From Octopus sinensis (Eukaryota): a DNA stretch of 36,434 nt. Each line of letters opens with the position of its first letter. Within the stretch, counting starts at the first letter, position 1. The notes below the pieces were generated by a model. That model was not told the DNA's origin. It was given only the letters and a program-made list of their open reading frames with translations, and searched no databases. The stretch lies in contig NW_021824653.1 of assembly GCF_006345805.1 (NCBI RefSeq), forward strand, positions 1 to 36,434. Reading direction: 5' to 3'. Below, one piece after another: positions 1 to 12,468 of this stretch. The position numbers and the translations under genes are program-made.

Positions 1-77
1 AAATCGATAAAACTATGTAGGCGGAATTAGCTAACAACTCCGCAGACAGACCCACAGACACAATTTCCACATATGTA

Positions 78-144
<67 letters not shown>

Positions 145-254
145 ATATATACATATAATATATATATATATATATTAATATATATACATTATATATATAA
201 ATATATATACATATATAGATACATATATATATATAAATATATATACATATATAT

Positions 255-287
<33 letters not shown>

Positions 288-470
288 TATATAACACATA
301 TATTACATATATAGATACATATATATACATATATACATATATAGATACATATATATGTATGTATATATATATATGTGTGTGTGCGTGTATACATACGCGT
401 AAGTATGAATAAATGTATACATGGATATATCTATATATGTGTGTATGTGTGTGTGTATATCTTTTATCGT
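78..470. repeat. Degenerate (TA)n/(TACA)n microsatellite
   Basis: Direct inspection. Confidence 0.95.
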
Positions 471-869
471 TTACTTGTTTCAGTCATTAGAGTGTGGCCA
501 TGCTGGAATATGTATATTTGTATCCATACATGTCTCTATATTATGTATATAATAAAGCATCAATTGTTTTAATAAAAAATGTGTTAAATGGTATGCCAAG
601 TGGATGAATTAAATGTTTATTAATGACTTCACCCTGTGTGACTTAGTGAGTATGATGCATATCCATATACATATGTGCGTGTGTGTCTGTGTGTGTGTAT
701 GTATATGTGTGTGTGTATGTGTATGTGTATACATATATATGTGTGTATATATATATACAGACACACATATAATTGTCACTAAATGTGACTAGGCTGTTAT
801 GATGGCTGACGTTAACATATATGCAAATAGAGAAAAAACACGTCCGGAAATAGTGGAACACCGAACTGG

Positions 870-921
870 CTTAACTGATGATGGCAACGGAGATTGCCGA
901 AACTGACGCGTCAGTCTTAAG
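870..921 (+). ncRNA. Type I hammerhead ribozyme, canonical core
   Basis: Stem I CTTAA(870-874)/TTAAG(917-921); core CTGATGA 875-881; one extra T882; stem II GGCAA/TTGCC with loop CGGAGA; GAAA 899-902; stem III is the perfect palindrome ACTGACGCGTCAGT 902-915; cleavage triplet GUC, cut after 916. Confidence 0.88.
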
Positions 922-963
922 AATTCACGGTTGGTTTTTTTTTCCGGAAAATTAGGGTCTCTG

Positions 964-1364
964 TTACTCTTTTACTCTTTTAATTGTTTCAGTCATGTGA
1001 CTGTGGCCATACTGGAGCACCGCCTTTATCGAGCAAATCGACCCCTGGGCTTATTCTTTGTACTTATTCTATCGGTCTCTTTTGCCGAACCGTTAAGTTA
1101 CGGGGACGTAAACACACCAGCATCGGTTGTCAAGCGATGTGGGGGGGACAAACACAAACACACAAACATACACACGCATACATATATATATACATATATA
1201 CGACGGGCTTCTTTCAGTTTCCGTCTGCCAAATCCACTCACAAGGCTTTGGTCGGCCCGAGGCTATAGTAGAAGACACTTGCTTAAGGTGCCACGCAGTG
1301 GGACTGAACCCGGAAGCATGTGGATGAAAAGCAAGCTACTTACCACACAGCCACTCCTACGCCT
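964..1364 (-). mobile_element. SINE family A (tRNA-like head, CORE-like CCTTGGGCAAGTGTCTT, internal (TA)/(TG) tract, GTAAAAGA tail)
   Basis: Full alignment by eye to the other family A copies; A box TGGCTGTGTGG, B box GGTTCAGTCCC. Confidence 0.9.
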
Positions 1365-1548
1365 TGTAGTTAGTGGACACGTTTTCAATCATGTGCGTTA
1401 ACTATAGCATTAGAGCATTTTAGCTCTTATTTCTAGCAATGTAGATGTTTCCTATCACTTTGTTCACATTTAGTAACAATCATTATTCTCTTTTTTGTTT
1501 TGATGAAATGTTGCAACCTGCTGTTTGATTAAATTTATATATATATAT

Positions 1549-1953
1549 AGGCGCAGGAGTGGCTGTGTGGTAAGTAGCTTGCTAACCAACCACATGGTTC
1601 CGGGTTCAGTCCCACTGCGTGGCATCTTGGGCAAGTGTCTTCAGCTATAGCCCCGGGCCGACCAATGCCTTGTGAGTGGGTTTGGTAGACGGAAACTGAA
1701 AGAAGCCTGTCGTATATATGTATATATATATATATGTGTGTGTATGTGTGTGTGTGTTTGTGTGTTTGTCCCCCTAGCATTGCTTGACAACCGATGCTGG
1801 TGTTTTTACGTCGCCGTCACTTAGCGGTTCGGCAAAAGAGACCGATGGAATAAGTACTGGGCTTACAAAGAATAAGTCTCGGGATCGATTTGCTCGACTA
1901 AAGGCGGTGCTCCAGCATGGCCGCAGTCAAATGACTGAAACAAGTAAAAGAGA
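1549..1953 (+). mobile_element. SINE family A
   Basis: GGCGCAGGAGTGGCTGTGTGG head through GAAACAAGTAAAAGAG tail. Confidence 0.92.
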
Positions 1954-1963
1954 GAGTATATAT

Positions 1964-2042
<79 letters not shown>

Positions 2043-2737
2043 GGCGTGGGCTATGTTGTAAGAAAGCTGCTTGTCGACCACATGGTTCCGAGTTCAGTCC
2101 CACGGTGTAGTACTTTAGGCGAACAGGACCATTCGGATAATAGAAAAAAAAAACCGAGAAAAAGTGATAAGTAAGTGGATGTAAAAGGCGGAAGGTTGAA
2201 AAACCGGAAAGCGAAAAGGAAAGTATTATAATGTGGGTCTTCGTCCACTTGTATGATATTCTCGGCATTGTAATATCCTGGTCACCACTATTATTTTGTG
2301 GCTGTATTTCGTGTCTTATTATCTTTGACTCGTATATTGTGCTATCACTGATAGCTCCACAAGACAATGGCTTTGAATCGTCTACCTTGACGGTAACTAG
2401 AACTCGTAGATATCACGTAACTGACACTGGCTACAAATGAGAACTCGCACAACGACTCTACTACTACGACTGTCTGTCTGACTCTATAGTGGTAGGAGGA
2501 GTGCCCTTTTTATTACGACATCTCCCCTTTCAGTTTTTTTTTTCTTTGGGAAGCATGTAATTTATTTTACTTTATTCACCCCTCTTCCCTTTTTAGCAGT
2601 TTTTCTTTTCAACTTAATATTTTTTGGCGTCTATTTCTAGGAAATCTATGTTCTTCCTTCTTCTTCCACTTGTACGCGTGGGTTCAATCACCTGTAAAGG
2701 TGTTGGTATCTGGAATGTGTCATATAGCCATTCCGTA

Positions 2738-2960
2738 AAGGCGGCGAGCTGGCAGAAACGTTAGCACGCCGGGCGAAATGTATAGCCGTATTTCGTCTGT
2801 CGTTACGTTCTGAGTTCAAATTCCGCCGAAGTCGACTTTGCCTTTCATCCTTTCGGGGTCGATAAATAAAGTACCAGTTTCCCACTGGGGTCGGTCTAAT
2901 CGACTTAATCCCTTTGTCTGTCCCCTCTATGTTTAGCCCCTTGTGGGCAGTAAAGAAAAA
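2738..2960 (+). mobile_element. SINE family B monomer (AAGGCGGCGAGCTGGCAG head, B box GAGTTCAAATTCC)
   Basis: Matches the other family B copies; TSD-like ATATAGCCAT(T/C)CC at 2722-2734 and 2962-2974. Confidence 0.9.
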
Positions 2961-2984
2961 TATATAGCCATCCCATAGGCTCTT

Positions 2985-3510
2985 CTAAACTGCTTAATTT
3001 TCTAGGAAGTGGTTTCTGTGAAGTGGTTTTTTTCAATACCTTTTCTACTTTTAATTTTGTACATCATTTTTCCTATGTCCTTTGTAATTTTTATCCCAGT
3101 ACTGTTTTCCGTTTTTTATACGACCTCATGTACACCATATCACCAATTTTGAAAAATTTTGGATTGCCTTTCCTGATACTTTTTCGTTCCTCGCTAGGTA
3201 ACGTTTTGTCAAAAACTTGCGAACATCAGTTCTGCTGGTTCGCTTCCTGCTGATGCTTTTGGGTTCAGTGTCACCCTGTATACTCTTTGGAATTGCTGCA
3301 GAGCGACTTCGCCTGGGACTTTCTTGTTTGCTTTTCTCAAAGATCTTTTAAAAGTGTCCACAAAACGCTCCTCTGCTTGTCCATTTGATCTGGGATAGTA
3401 AGGCGTTATCGTTTTATGCTCTAGCGTGAATATTTCGCAGAATTTTCTAAATTCATTGTACACAAGTTGTGTTCCATTATCAGATACGATCACGTATCTG
3501 ATACAATACG
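2985..3510 (-). mobile_element. Ty3/Gypsy integrase remnant
   Basis: VIVSDNGTQL..NEFRKFCE....H.T..PYYPRSNGQAE-RFVDTFKRSL...Y R.T..P......PAELMF is a retroviral-type integrase catalytic core; frameshifted and truncated. Confidence 0.85.
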
Positions 3511-4402
3511 CGACAATATACGACAGATACAATACGCAACTTGTAGAAATATGTTGTCTGCTGTGCTCCTTTTTTCATCAGAGTTAATATATAAGGTAAA
3601 TATGAAAATTTTCACGCTTATTTGATTATTTACTGGGTATGAATTGAGATTAAAACGTAAGTTTAATGTTCATTTTAATGCTAGATATGAGTGAGGCATT
3701 GTTCTTTAGTGTTATTTTTGGCAGTCTAATGTTATGTTACTGAAATGCAAAATCGCACATTTTTCTTAGAAGTTCCCGTAGTTCATTACCGTATTAAATA
3801 TACTCAATATTGTTAAATCAATCGTCAGTCAAGATTTTGAAAACATTTGGTTTAAATATATATGTGTATTTTTTTTTATTACTGAAACTACTACAAATTA
3901 ACAGCTTTAAAAAAACGGCATACCCGAATAAATATTGTTGCATACATGGATTTCTTAATATTTATATACAATTTCTATAACAAAATTTGTATGTAACAAA
4001 AACATATGTGTAAAATTTTGTTCATGTCTTGCGGCTCTCAGACATCTGGATTTTATCGAATGTGGTTCTTATATTAAGCAAGTTTGGCCATCCCTGATAT
4101 GTGTGTGTGTGTGTGTGAGTGTATACATATACATATGCAGCTTCTTATGCATATATGCTTATATAGTCTTTTCAAAAACTTTTGCAAAAAATACTTGATA
4201 TAAACACAATATCATACGAAAAAGTTTTTAAAACATTTTTTAACAATTTAAGTGTCTTAGAAAAACAGAATGATACAAATCTTTTGCGATGAAGCTTTTT
4301 CCTATTGCGCAGTAAGCGCTTCCGCTGTTAAGTTCTTCAAACGCACGTGTTATATATAAAGATACATACATACATACATACATACATACATACATACACA
4401 CT

Positions 4403-4440
<38 letters not shown>

Positions 4441-4867
4441 TATATACTTACATGTTTGTGTGCTCGAATGCGTGTGAGTGATTGATTAAGGGAAGTTGGT
4501 TGGTTTCGTATATCCGTTGTTTCATGAATGAAACAGGTGGAATTCCCCAAGTGAGTCAGCTTGCTCACCAAGTTATGTATAAATAATCTGATGCATCCGA
4601 GATGTCACTTTTTTTACTAATGGCAAGAATTTACATTCTTAATTGAATTATAGAAACTGCACATATCTTTGAGAGTGTGTTTGTGAGCGTACGTGCATGT
4701 GTATGCATGCGGCGTGTATGTTTTCGTGCGAGAAACAGTTTGCGTGGGTACAGAAATGTACATGCATACACTACACACACACACACATGCACACACGCAC
4801 GCACACATGCACACACGCACACGCACACACATACACAGAGTGACTCATATTACCCAAAGATTCGTAA

Positions 4868-5276
4868 TACTACCCACAAGGGGCTAAACACAGAGAGGAC
4901 AAACAAGGACAGACAAACGGATTAAGTCGATTACATCGACCCCAGTGCGCAACTGGTACTTATTTAATCGACCCCGAAAAGATGAAAGGCAAAGTCGACC
5001 TCGACGGAATTTGAACTCAGAACGTAGCGGCAGACGATATACCTATTTCTTTACTACCCACAAGGGGCTAAACAGAGAGAGGACAAACAAGGACAGACAA
5101 ACGGATTAAGTCGATTATATCGACCCCAGTGCGTAACTGGTACTTATTTAATCGACCCCGAAAGGATGAAAGGCAAAGTCGACCTCGGCGGAATTTGAAC
5201 TCAGAACGTAGCGGCAGATGATATACCGCTAAGCGTTTCGCCCGGCGTGCCAAAGTTTCTGCCAGCTCGCCGCCTT
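4868..5276 (-). mobile_element. SINE family B, head plus two bodies
   Basis: Body duplicated in tandem; head ends CGCCGCCTT at 5276. Confidence 0.9.
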
Positions 5277-5552
5277 GCATTCATGTAGAATACCAATGGG
5301 ATGGTTGCGATGTCTTTCATAATCAGATGATCTGAATGATGTCTATTGACTCAAGTCGTTCGTGAATGGAACCTTTTGAATGGTTCAGTTCTAGATCAGT
5401 TCTTATTGGTCTAGTCAGGTAATGTGATCGAGTCACAAGCCTAACTAGTAACCTGTAAGAGAACCAGTCTCGGGTTTATTACCTATTAACAAGGGAAAAT
5501 ACTTTTGGCAATTTCACTGGTTTGCAATCGAGGATTTCGCGAATAGGCATCG

Positions 5553-5596
5553 CTTGCTACGGGGATGTTTCCCTGGGTAAAAGCTCATCAGAACAA
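5553..5596 (-). ncRNA. Degenerate hammerhead-like motif 3' of a Penelope endonuclease remnant
   Basis: Minus strand: TTGTT-CTGATGA-G-CTT-TTACCC-AGG-GAAAC-ATCCCC-GT-AGCAA. Both conserved boxes are intact, the stems are weak, and the H17 register appears 1 nt short. Confidence 0.35.
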
Positions 5597-5793
5597 TTAT
5601 CCGTGTGAAATGATATTAATCGTTAATGCAGGCTTTCTATCAAGGAATAACATAGGCTATATCAGTATCTATATTTCTTCGTAGTCAGCGTTTTCTCTTG
5701 TCGGCCTTTTCCCTTGACTTCAGATACCAACTTTTTCAAAACGCCGAAAAAAATTTTAATCAGAGTAACGAAAGCTGGATGAAGAGATGGATG

Positions 5794-6000
5794 TCTCTGG
5801 TTCAATGCCTGTTTATCCTGGAACAGAATGAAGAGCTTTTCTGAGAGGCAAAGATTACATTTGATATGTCTTTTATAAGCTCCATGTCTGTATGATGATA
5901 CTTTTTCTGGAATTTCCTAGGTTACATTGAAAGGACGGATGTCTTTCTCTTTCAAATCCTTGACCTGCTTTGCAAGACTAGTTACTGTCCTACTCTCGGG
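5794..6000 (-). mobile_element. Penelope-like element, GIY-YIG endonuclease C-terminal remnant
   Basis: TSLAKQVKDLKEKDIRPFNVT*EIPEKVSSY...KCNLCLSEKLFILFQDKQALNQR resembles the PLE motif T.L...(IW).LK....F.I.W.I.....Y......CNLCL.EKL.I......LN.R; the TAG falls at the conserved W. Confidence 0.8.
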
Positions 6001-6603
6001 GTATCGGAGATAATTTCGGTGGAAATAGAATCAAGTCTTGAAAGAATTTTCCGAAGCCCCTGTGTATGTTTTATATTATTGTGAGCCATCTACTTGCACT
6101 TTGGCTCTATACACAATTCCTTTTTCAAGGCATTTGCCTTTCAACGGACAGCAAGTCTTATGTTTGAAGTTGCAGTTACTCAGATCAGATTCGGCACTGT
6201 AGTTGTATGTAATAATTTTCGTGTTATACTAATTAAGAAAAGAGGCCAAGTTTTTGCAACAAGAATAGCTAGCCTTCATTGTTCTGTTAAAAATTCCATA
6301 GAACTTATGGCCAGATTGAAAATATTTAGAAACTAATTTTAAGAATTCCCTACCTATATTAGTTTTTACCGCAATATTAAAAGTGGGGTTAAACCACAAA
6401 ACTTTCCTGGTTCTAGTCCTGCGTGCTCGATTATTGTTAGAGTTATCTTGACTATACAGGATCTTCTGCGAGAATGCACCTCTCCTTAATGCATTATTGT
6501 AATACGGCGCAGCATTTTGAAATGCCGTCTCATTTGAAGAAATTCATGATATTCGCCTACCTACATTACTAACTAGGTTCTTAAGAATTACGGTAGGGTT
6601 TAA

Positions 6604-6633
<30 letters not shown>

Positions 6634-6634
<1 letters not shown>

Positions 6635-6807
6635 GGCGCAGGAGTGGCTGTGTGGTAAGTAGCTTGCTTACCAACCACATGGTTTCGGGTTCAGTCCCAC
6701 TGCGTGGCACCTTGGGCAAGTGTCTTCTACTATAGCCTCGAGCCGACCAATGCCTTGTGAGTGGATTTGGTAGACGGAAACTGAAAGAAGCCCGTCGTAT
6801 ATATGTG

Positions 6808-6838
<31 letters not shown>

Positions 6839-7054
6839 TTGTGTCTGTGTTTGTCCCCCAACATCACTTGACAACCGATGCTGGTGTGTTTACGTCCCCG
6901 TCACTTAGCGGTTCGGCAAAAGAGACCGATTGAATAAGTACTGGGCTTACAAAGAATAAGTCCCGGGGTCGATTTGCTCGACTAAAGGCGGTGCTCCAGC
7001 ATGGCCGCAGTCAAATGACTGAAACAAGTAAAAGAGTAAAAGAGAGTAAAAGAG
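6634..7054 (+). mobile_element. SINE family A
   Basis: Full-length copy flanked by (TA)n. Confidence 0.92.
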
Positions 7055-7093
<39 letters not shown>

Positions 7094-7384
7094 ATGCACA
7101 CATACAGAGCACAGCATTATAGACCCATCTCTTCCAAATTCACTTGCCGGTTTCGTACACGAAGTGTATGACATCACCACATACTTCCTACCGGCCCTCC
7201 TGCTGAGTGCCGAGATTGATTTCACGCCCCTACCCACCCAACTCACGAGTGGAAAGCCGATTGTTAAAATCGATGGAAGTAGATTGATAATACTGTATTG
7301 TATTAATATTTATATACCTGCTCTATTGACCAATACAAATACCCACAATTCCCGGCTCGTGGATTCTTAAACGACTGTTGATAT

Positions 7385-7875
7385 TACATACATACATACA
7401 TACTACATACATACATACATGCATACATACATACATACGTATTGTACATACATACATACATACATACATACATGCATACATACATACATACGTATTGTAC
7501 ATACATACATACATACATACATACATACATACATACATACATACATACATACATTCATACATACTTACATACTTACATACATACATACATATATACATAC
7601 ATACATACATATATATATATGCATACATACATACATACATACATACATACATACATACATACTTACATATATACATACTTACATACTTACATACATACAT
7701 ATATACATACATACATATATACATACATACGTACATACATACATACTTACATACATACATACTTACATATATACATACTTACATACTTACATACATACAT
7801 TCATACATACATACATACTTACATACATACATACACACATATATACATACATACATAAATGCACATGCGCATACA
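7385..7875. repeat. (CATA)n microsatellite
   Basis: Direct inspection; source of the HTYI-rich pseudo-ORFs. Confidence 0.97.
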
Positions 7876-8469
7876 TACTTTAGCTGGAGACCATAACTAC
7901 AACATAAACATTTCAAGACAATTGACATATACACTTAAACTTTTCTTCCCCACTTTTGTCTCTGTTCACTTTTGTTAATAACTACAGCTGCTGAGAAGTA
8001 GGTTTGATTGCACAATGAGTTATAGTTAACATAAAGCATTAATTATCGTCTCAGTATTAACTATGAAGTCGTTTTTGGTATATTCATCTTAATTACTATT
8101 GAAATGCCAGGTTATTGTTTTCAGTATTATTATGATGTCCAAACTTATCTTATACCAAATATTTTAGAAAGTTTATGTTCCTCATTAAAATTAAGAACTT
8201 TTGATGGTTCGCGATTATTCTGTTTGAATTACTCATAAATTACCTTTGGCAAATTGTCGCTTTGAAATTACATAAATGAGCAAATATATTTATATCAAAT
8301 TAGTACACCGTTCTGAACTTAGGGCGATATATCGTGGCATGGTATATTATCATATCTAAGGTTATCGCAGTTATTGATTTAAATTGCATTTTCTGGTTCA
8401 GCATCTTCAGAATGTCAACTCAACCACCGAAGAAACGAAGATATTCAGATGATGGGAGCTGCAGTAGTG

Positions 8470-8620
8470 TTCTTCAAGATATATGAAGTGAACGATTTGG
8501 CTTGATCAAAAGAGGCCGGTAAAGCACTACGTAACCTATGTAACAGAATGTTGGATATGTGCAAGAGTTTCTCTGTAAAACGGCATTACGAAAATGTTCA
8601 CAGCTGGTTTTGTGATAAGA
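8470..8620 (+). mobile_element. hAT-type transposase N-terminal remnant
   Basis: KALRNLCNRMLDMCKSFSVKRHYENVHSWF (8521-8610) resembles the K(A)LC.LC.....C....VKRHYE..H zinc-finger region of hAT transposases. Confidence 0.5.
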
Positions 8621-8855
8621 GTGAATAAGAATAAAACGAAGACACCTTAACGTGTGATGGAATTTGCTTCAAGCAGTTCCAACTTGGCTGCTGCTAGTTT
8701 TTAGATCTCACAGATTATTGCTCAATTTGGGAAACGACTCAATGGTAGAATGTATATTCAAGAACCATAACTAGTGTTTCCACCCTCCTTTTTTATGTTT
8801 TTGTTGTGTGGACGCCCCCAGACGATGGAGTAGGCTAGCCCAATACGTAGATATA

Positions 8856-9336
8856 TATTTCTTTACTACCCACAAGGGGCTAAACATAGAGGGGACAAAC
8901 AAGGACAGATAAACGGATTAAGTCGATTACATCGACCCAGTGCGAAACTGGTACTTTATTTATCGATCCCGAGAGGATGAAAGGCAAACTTGACCTCGGC
9001 GGAATTTGAACTCAGAACGTAAAGGTAGATGAAATACGGCTACGCATTTCGCCCGGCGCGCTAACGACTCTGCCAGCTCGCCGCCTTCGACAGACGAAAT
9101 ACCTATTTATTTACTACCCACAAGGGGCTAAACACCGAGGGGACAAACAAGGACAGACAAACGGATTAAGTCAATTATATCGACCCCAGTGCGTAACTGG
9201 TACTTATTTTATCGACTCCGAAAGGATGAAAGGCAAAGACGACCTCGGCGGAATTTGAACTCAGAACGTAACGGCAGATGAAATACCGCAAAGCATTTCG
9301 CCCGGCGCTCTAACGTTTCTGCCAGATCGCCGCCTC
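8856..9336 (-). mobile_element. SINE family B head-to-tail dimer with 17-bp TSD
   Basis: Two heads; TSD CCCAATACGTAGATATA at 8839-8855 and 9337-9353. Confidence 0.92.
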
Positions 9337-9499
9337 CCCAATACGTAGATATAGCGGGAGAAGTCTAGATGTCGTCAGAGTCGAGCAGATTAGAACAGAG
9401 TAGAGTTGAGTAGTAGAGGCATCCGAACGTACGACATAACAGTAGCGACGGTTATTTCGTAGCTCACACGGCCACTGTGTAGTATTGTGATATGATAGT

Positions 9500-9920
9500 A
9501 AGGCGGCGAGCTGGCAGAATCGTTAGCACGCCGGGCGAAATTCTTAGTGGTATTTCGTCTGCGTATTTCGTTCTGAGTTCAAATTCCTCCGAGGTCGACT
9601 TTGCCTTTCATCCTTTCGGGGTCGATTAAATAAGTACCAGTTACATACTGGGGTCGATATAATCGACTTAATCCGTTTGTCTGTTCATGTTTGTCCCCTC
9701 TGTGTTTAGCCCCTTGTGGGTAGTAAAGAAATAAATATTTCGTCTGCCGCTACGCGCTGAGTTCAAATTCGGCCGAGGTCGACTTTGCCTTTCATCTTTT
9801 CGGGGTCGATTAAATAAGTACCAGTTACACACTGGAGTCGATATAATCGACTTAATCTGTTTGTCTGTCCTTGTTTGTCCCCTCTGTGTTTAGCCCCTTG
9901 TGGGTAGTAAAGAAATAGGT
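9500..9920 (+). mobile_element. SINE family B, head plus two bodies
   Basis: Body duplicated at the GTAAAGAAATA(A/G)...TATTTCGTCTG junction. Confidence 0.9.
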
Positions 9921-10302
9921 ATGACAGTTTTTCAAGAAAAGGAAAAATGACAAACGATATTCGGTATAGTAGGCAATTGATACTGAGTAAAAACGCAGTA
10001 AAAAAGAAGAATTTTGACGATGAAATCAAATATATCAGCTCCACGAACAAAAGATACTGGTTTATGTAAATGTTTTTCAATTTGTTCAAATGTGATCATA
10101 GATCTTGTGTTAACTAACAGATAGGTTACTGTTTTGGATTTTGTCGTGGTAGTGAAAATGCGAAGAACTATTTATCTAGGTAACGTTACCTGAGCATTCT
10201 ACAGGAGCTGAAATATTTAAAGCAGTGAAATCATTTATCTAACTCATATACCGATTTTTGAAAAACAGTTGCTTTGACAACTGAGGATCCTAGAAAGACT
10301 GT

Positions 10303-10717
10303 TTTACTCTCTTTACTCTTTTACTTGTTTCAGTCATTTGACTGCGGCCATGCTGGAGCACCGCCTTTAGTCGAGCAACTCGACCCCGGGACTTATTCTT
10401 TGTAAGCCCAGTACTTATTCTATCGGTCTCTTTTGCCGAACCGCTAAGTGACGGGGACGTAAACACACCAGCATCGGTTGTCAAGCAATGCTAGGGGGAC
10501 AAACACAGACACACAAACATACACGCACACACACATATATATATATATACATATATACGACGGCCTTCTTTTCAGTTTCCGTCTACCAAATCCACTAACA
10601 AGGCTTTGGTCGGCCCGAGGCTATAGTAGAAGACACTTGCCCAAGGTGCCACGCAGTGGGACTGAACCCGGAACCATGTGGTTGGTAAACAAGCTACTTA
10701 CCACACAGCCACTCCTG
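10303..10717 (-). mobile_element. SINE family A
   Basis: Near full-length reverse-complement copy. Confidence 0.92.
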
Positions 10718-10928
10718 TTTTGTAAATTTACTTTTGCAAAATGTGTTGGGCATCTACTGGTAGGTTTTCATTGTATTATACGCAGAAGGGTACCGTGAGC
10801 AAAAGATGACCTTAAGAAACTTGAAGGAGTGATTAAAATTGTAAGCAACACAGCTACTTTTATATTTATGCGTTCTTTCGGAGAAGAGCATTTCAGAATT
10901 TGCTGAATAAAGAAAAAAACTGGAACGT

Positions 10929-11340
10929 AGGCGCAGGAGTGGCTGTGTGGTAAGTAGCTTGCTAACCAACCACATGGTTCCGGGTTCAGTCCCACTGCGT
11001 GGCATCTTGGGCAAGTGTCTTCTGCTATAGCCCCGGACCGACCAATGCCTTGTGAGTGGATTTGGTAGACGGAAACTGAAAGAAGCCTGTCGTATATATG
11101 TATATATATATATATATATGTATGTGTGTTTGTTTGTTTGTCTGTGTTTGTCCCCCTAGCATTGCTTGACAACCGATGCTGGTGTGTTTACGTCCCCGTT
11201 ACTTAGCGGTTCGGCAAAAGAGACCGATAGAATAAGTACTGAGCTTACAAAGAATAAGTCCTGGGGTCGATGTGTTCGACTAAAGGCGGTGCTCCAGCAT
11301 GGCCGCAGTCAAATGACTGAAACAAGTAAAAGAGTAAGAG
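10929..11340 (+). mobile_element. SINE family A
   Basis: Full-length copy. Confidence 0.92.
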
Positions 11341-12172
11341 TATATAGGACGACTTCACTACAACAATGTCCATTAGTTTATTTGAAATTCTTTCATGATT
11401 ATTTCAATGAAATCCATCTCTTATTGTCAAATGAACAGTTTTCTTGTCAAGAATTATTTAATGTCGTATGACTTAGTAGATCAATGTTTTTTTGTTATGC
11501 TATAGATTTCTTTGTACATTATGGTTATTTAAACACCACTTTATTGGTATTTGTTTGCACGCTTGGTATTATATTTGAGTATATAAAGCCGTTGAAATCA
11601 AGCTAAAAGTTTCCCGATAACACGTTGACAAAGGCTGTTTTAAGTATTTTCCAAGGTAAAAAAGAAGGACATATGTTTCAAATTCACGCCTAAAACAAAC
11701 ATTCAGCTCACTCAACCGGTAAATGTACCAAGTGATTTGATTTGGATGATTTTAAGTTGTAATTTAAGTTGATTTAAGTTGTAATTTAAGTTGATTTACA
11801 AAACAGTTCAAATTGGAGATGAAAATCTGTAAACTTAATAGACGAATCAGAAAACATTGAAAATGATCGCTAAGTGATTGCTGTAGAGAAGAAACAGGCA
11901 GAAAACTCGGTTCTAAAATCTTTGAATTCTATTCTTGTTATTTTCAAAACAGATTTTATTAATGATGGTCTCAAGTATCATGTTCTCTTTCTCCAAAATA
12001 TAATTTGTAAAATACAAATATAATAATAATAAATTGTTGCTGAAAACTTTCCGCGGGTATGCGAGGAATATTTGAGGATTTTTTTTTTGTAGATTATCGC
12101 TAATGGTGTAGTTTTTTAAATGGTTCACCATCATTGATTTAAGGAAATCAACTTAGTATAAAGTATCTACGA

Positions 12173-12468
12173 CAGTGGTTCTCAACTGGGGCCCATATAA
12201 GATATTTTAGGGGTCTACACAAGCAAAATAGTAAGTTGGGGATCTACAGTAGTATATTAAGGGTCCATGAAACATCTTTGGTATAGATGCATCTATTGCA
12301 ACAAACAGCTGTAACGTTTTACATAGTTCAACCTACACAAGTTAATGGGAGAAAAACAAAATAAGAATTTGGATAAAAGTATTTATAAACTAATTTTTAA
12401 ACACCGAATGTCTATAGGGGTTCACCAGAATAAAAGCAAGATGTCGTGCAACGAGAATGGAACCCCTG
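12173..12468. mobile_element. Possible hAT/Charlie-like MITE
   Basis: Left end CAGTGGTTCTCAAC; degenerate right end GGAACCCCTG; no clear 8-bp TSD. Confidence 0.35.

Noticed and set aside
1549-1620. tRNA-like A/B-box heads (families A, B, C) as tRNA genes
   Set aside because: No complete cloverleaf; they are continuous with SINE bodies and tails.
7143-7180. Minus-strand GTGATGT-CATACA-CTTCG-TGTAC-GAAACCGGC resembling a PLE hammerhead
   Set aside because: C3, A9 and U16.1 are all altered and there is no stem I.
7323-7896. Long ORFs of 138-172 aa (also 31427-32102, 19395-19865, 35215-35581, 24392-24807)
   Set aside because: Translations of (CATA)n, (ATGT)n, (GT)n, (TA)n and (GGT)n microsatellites.
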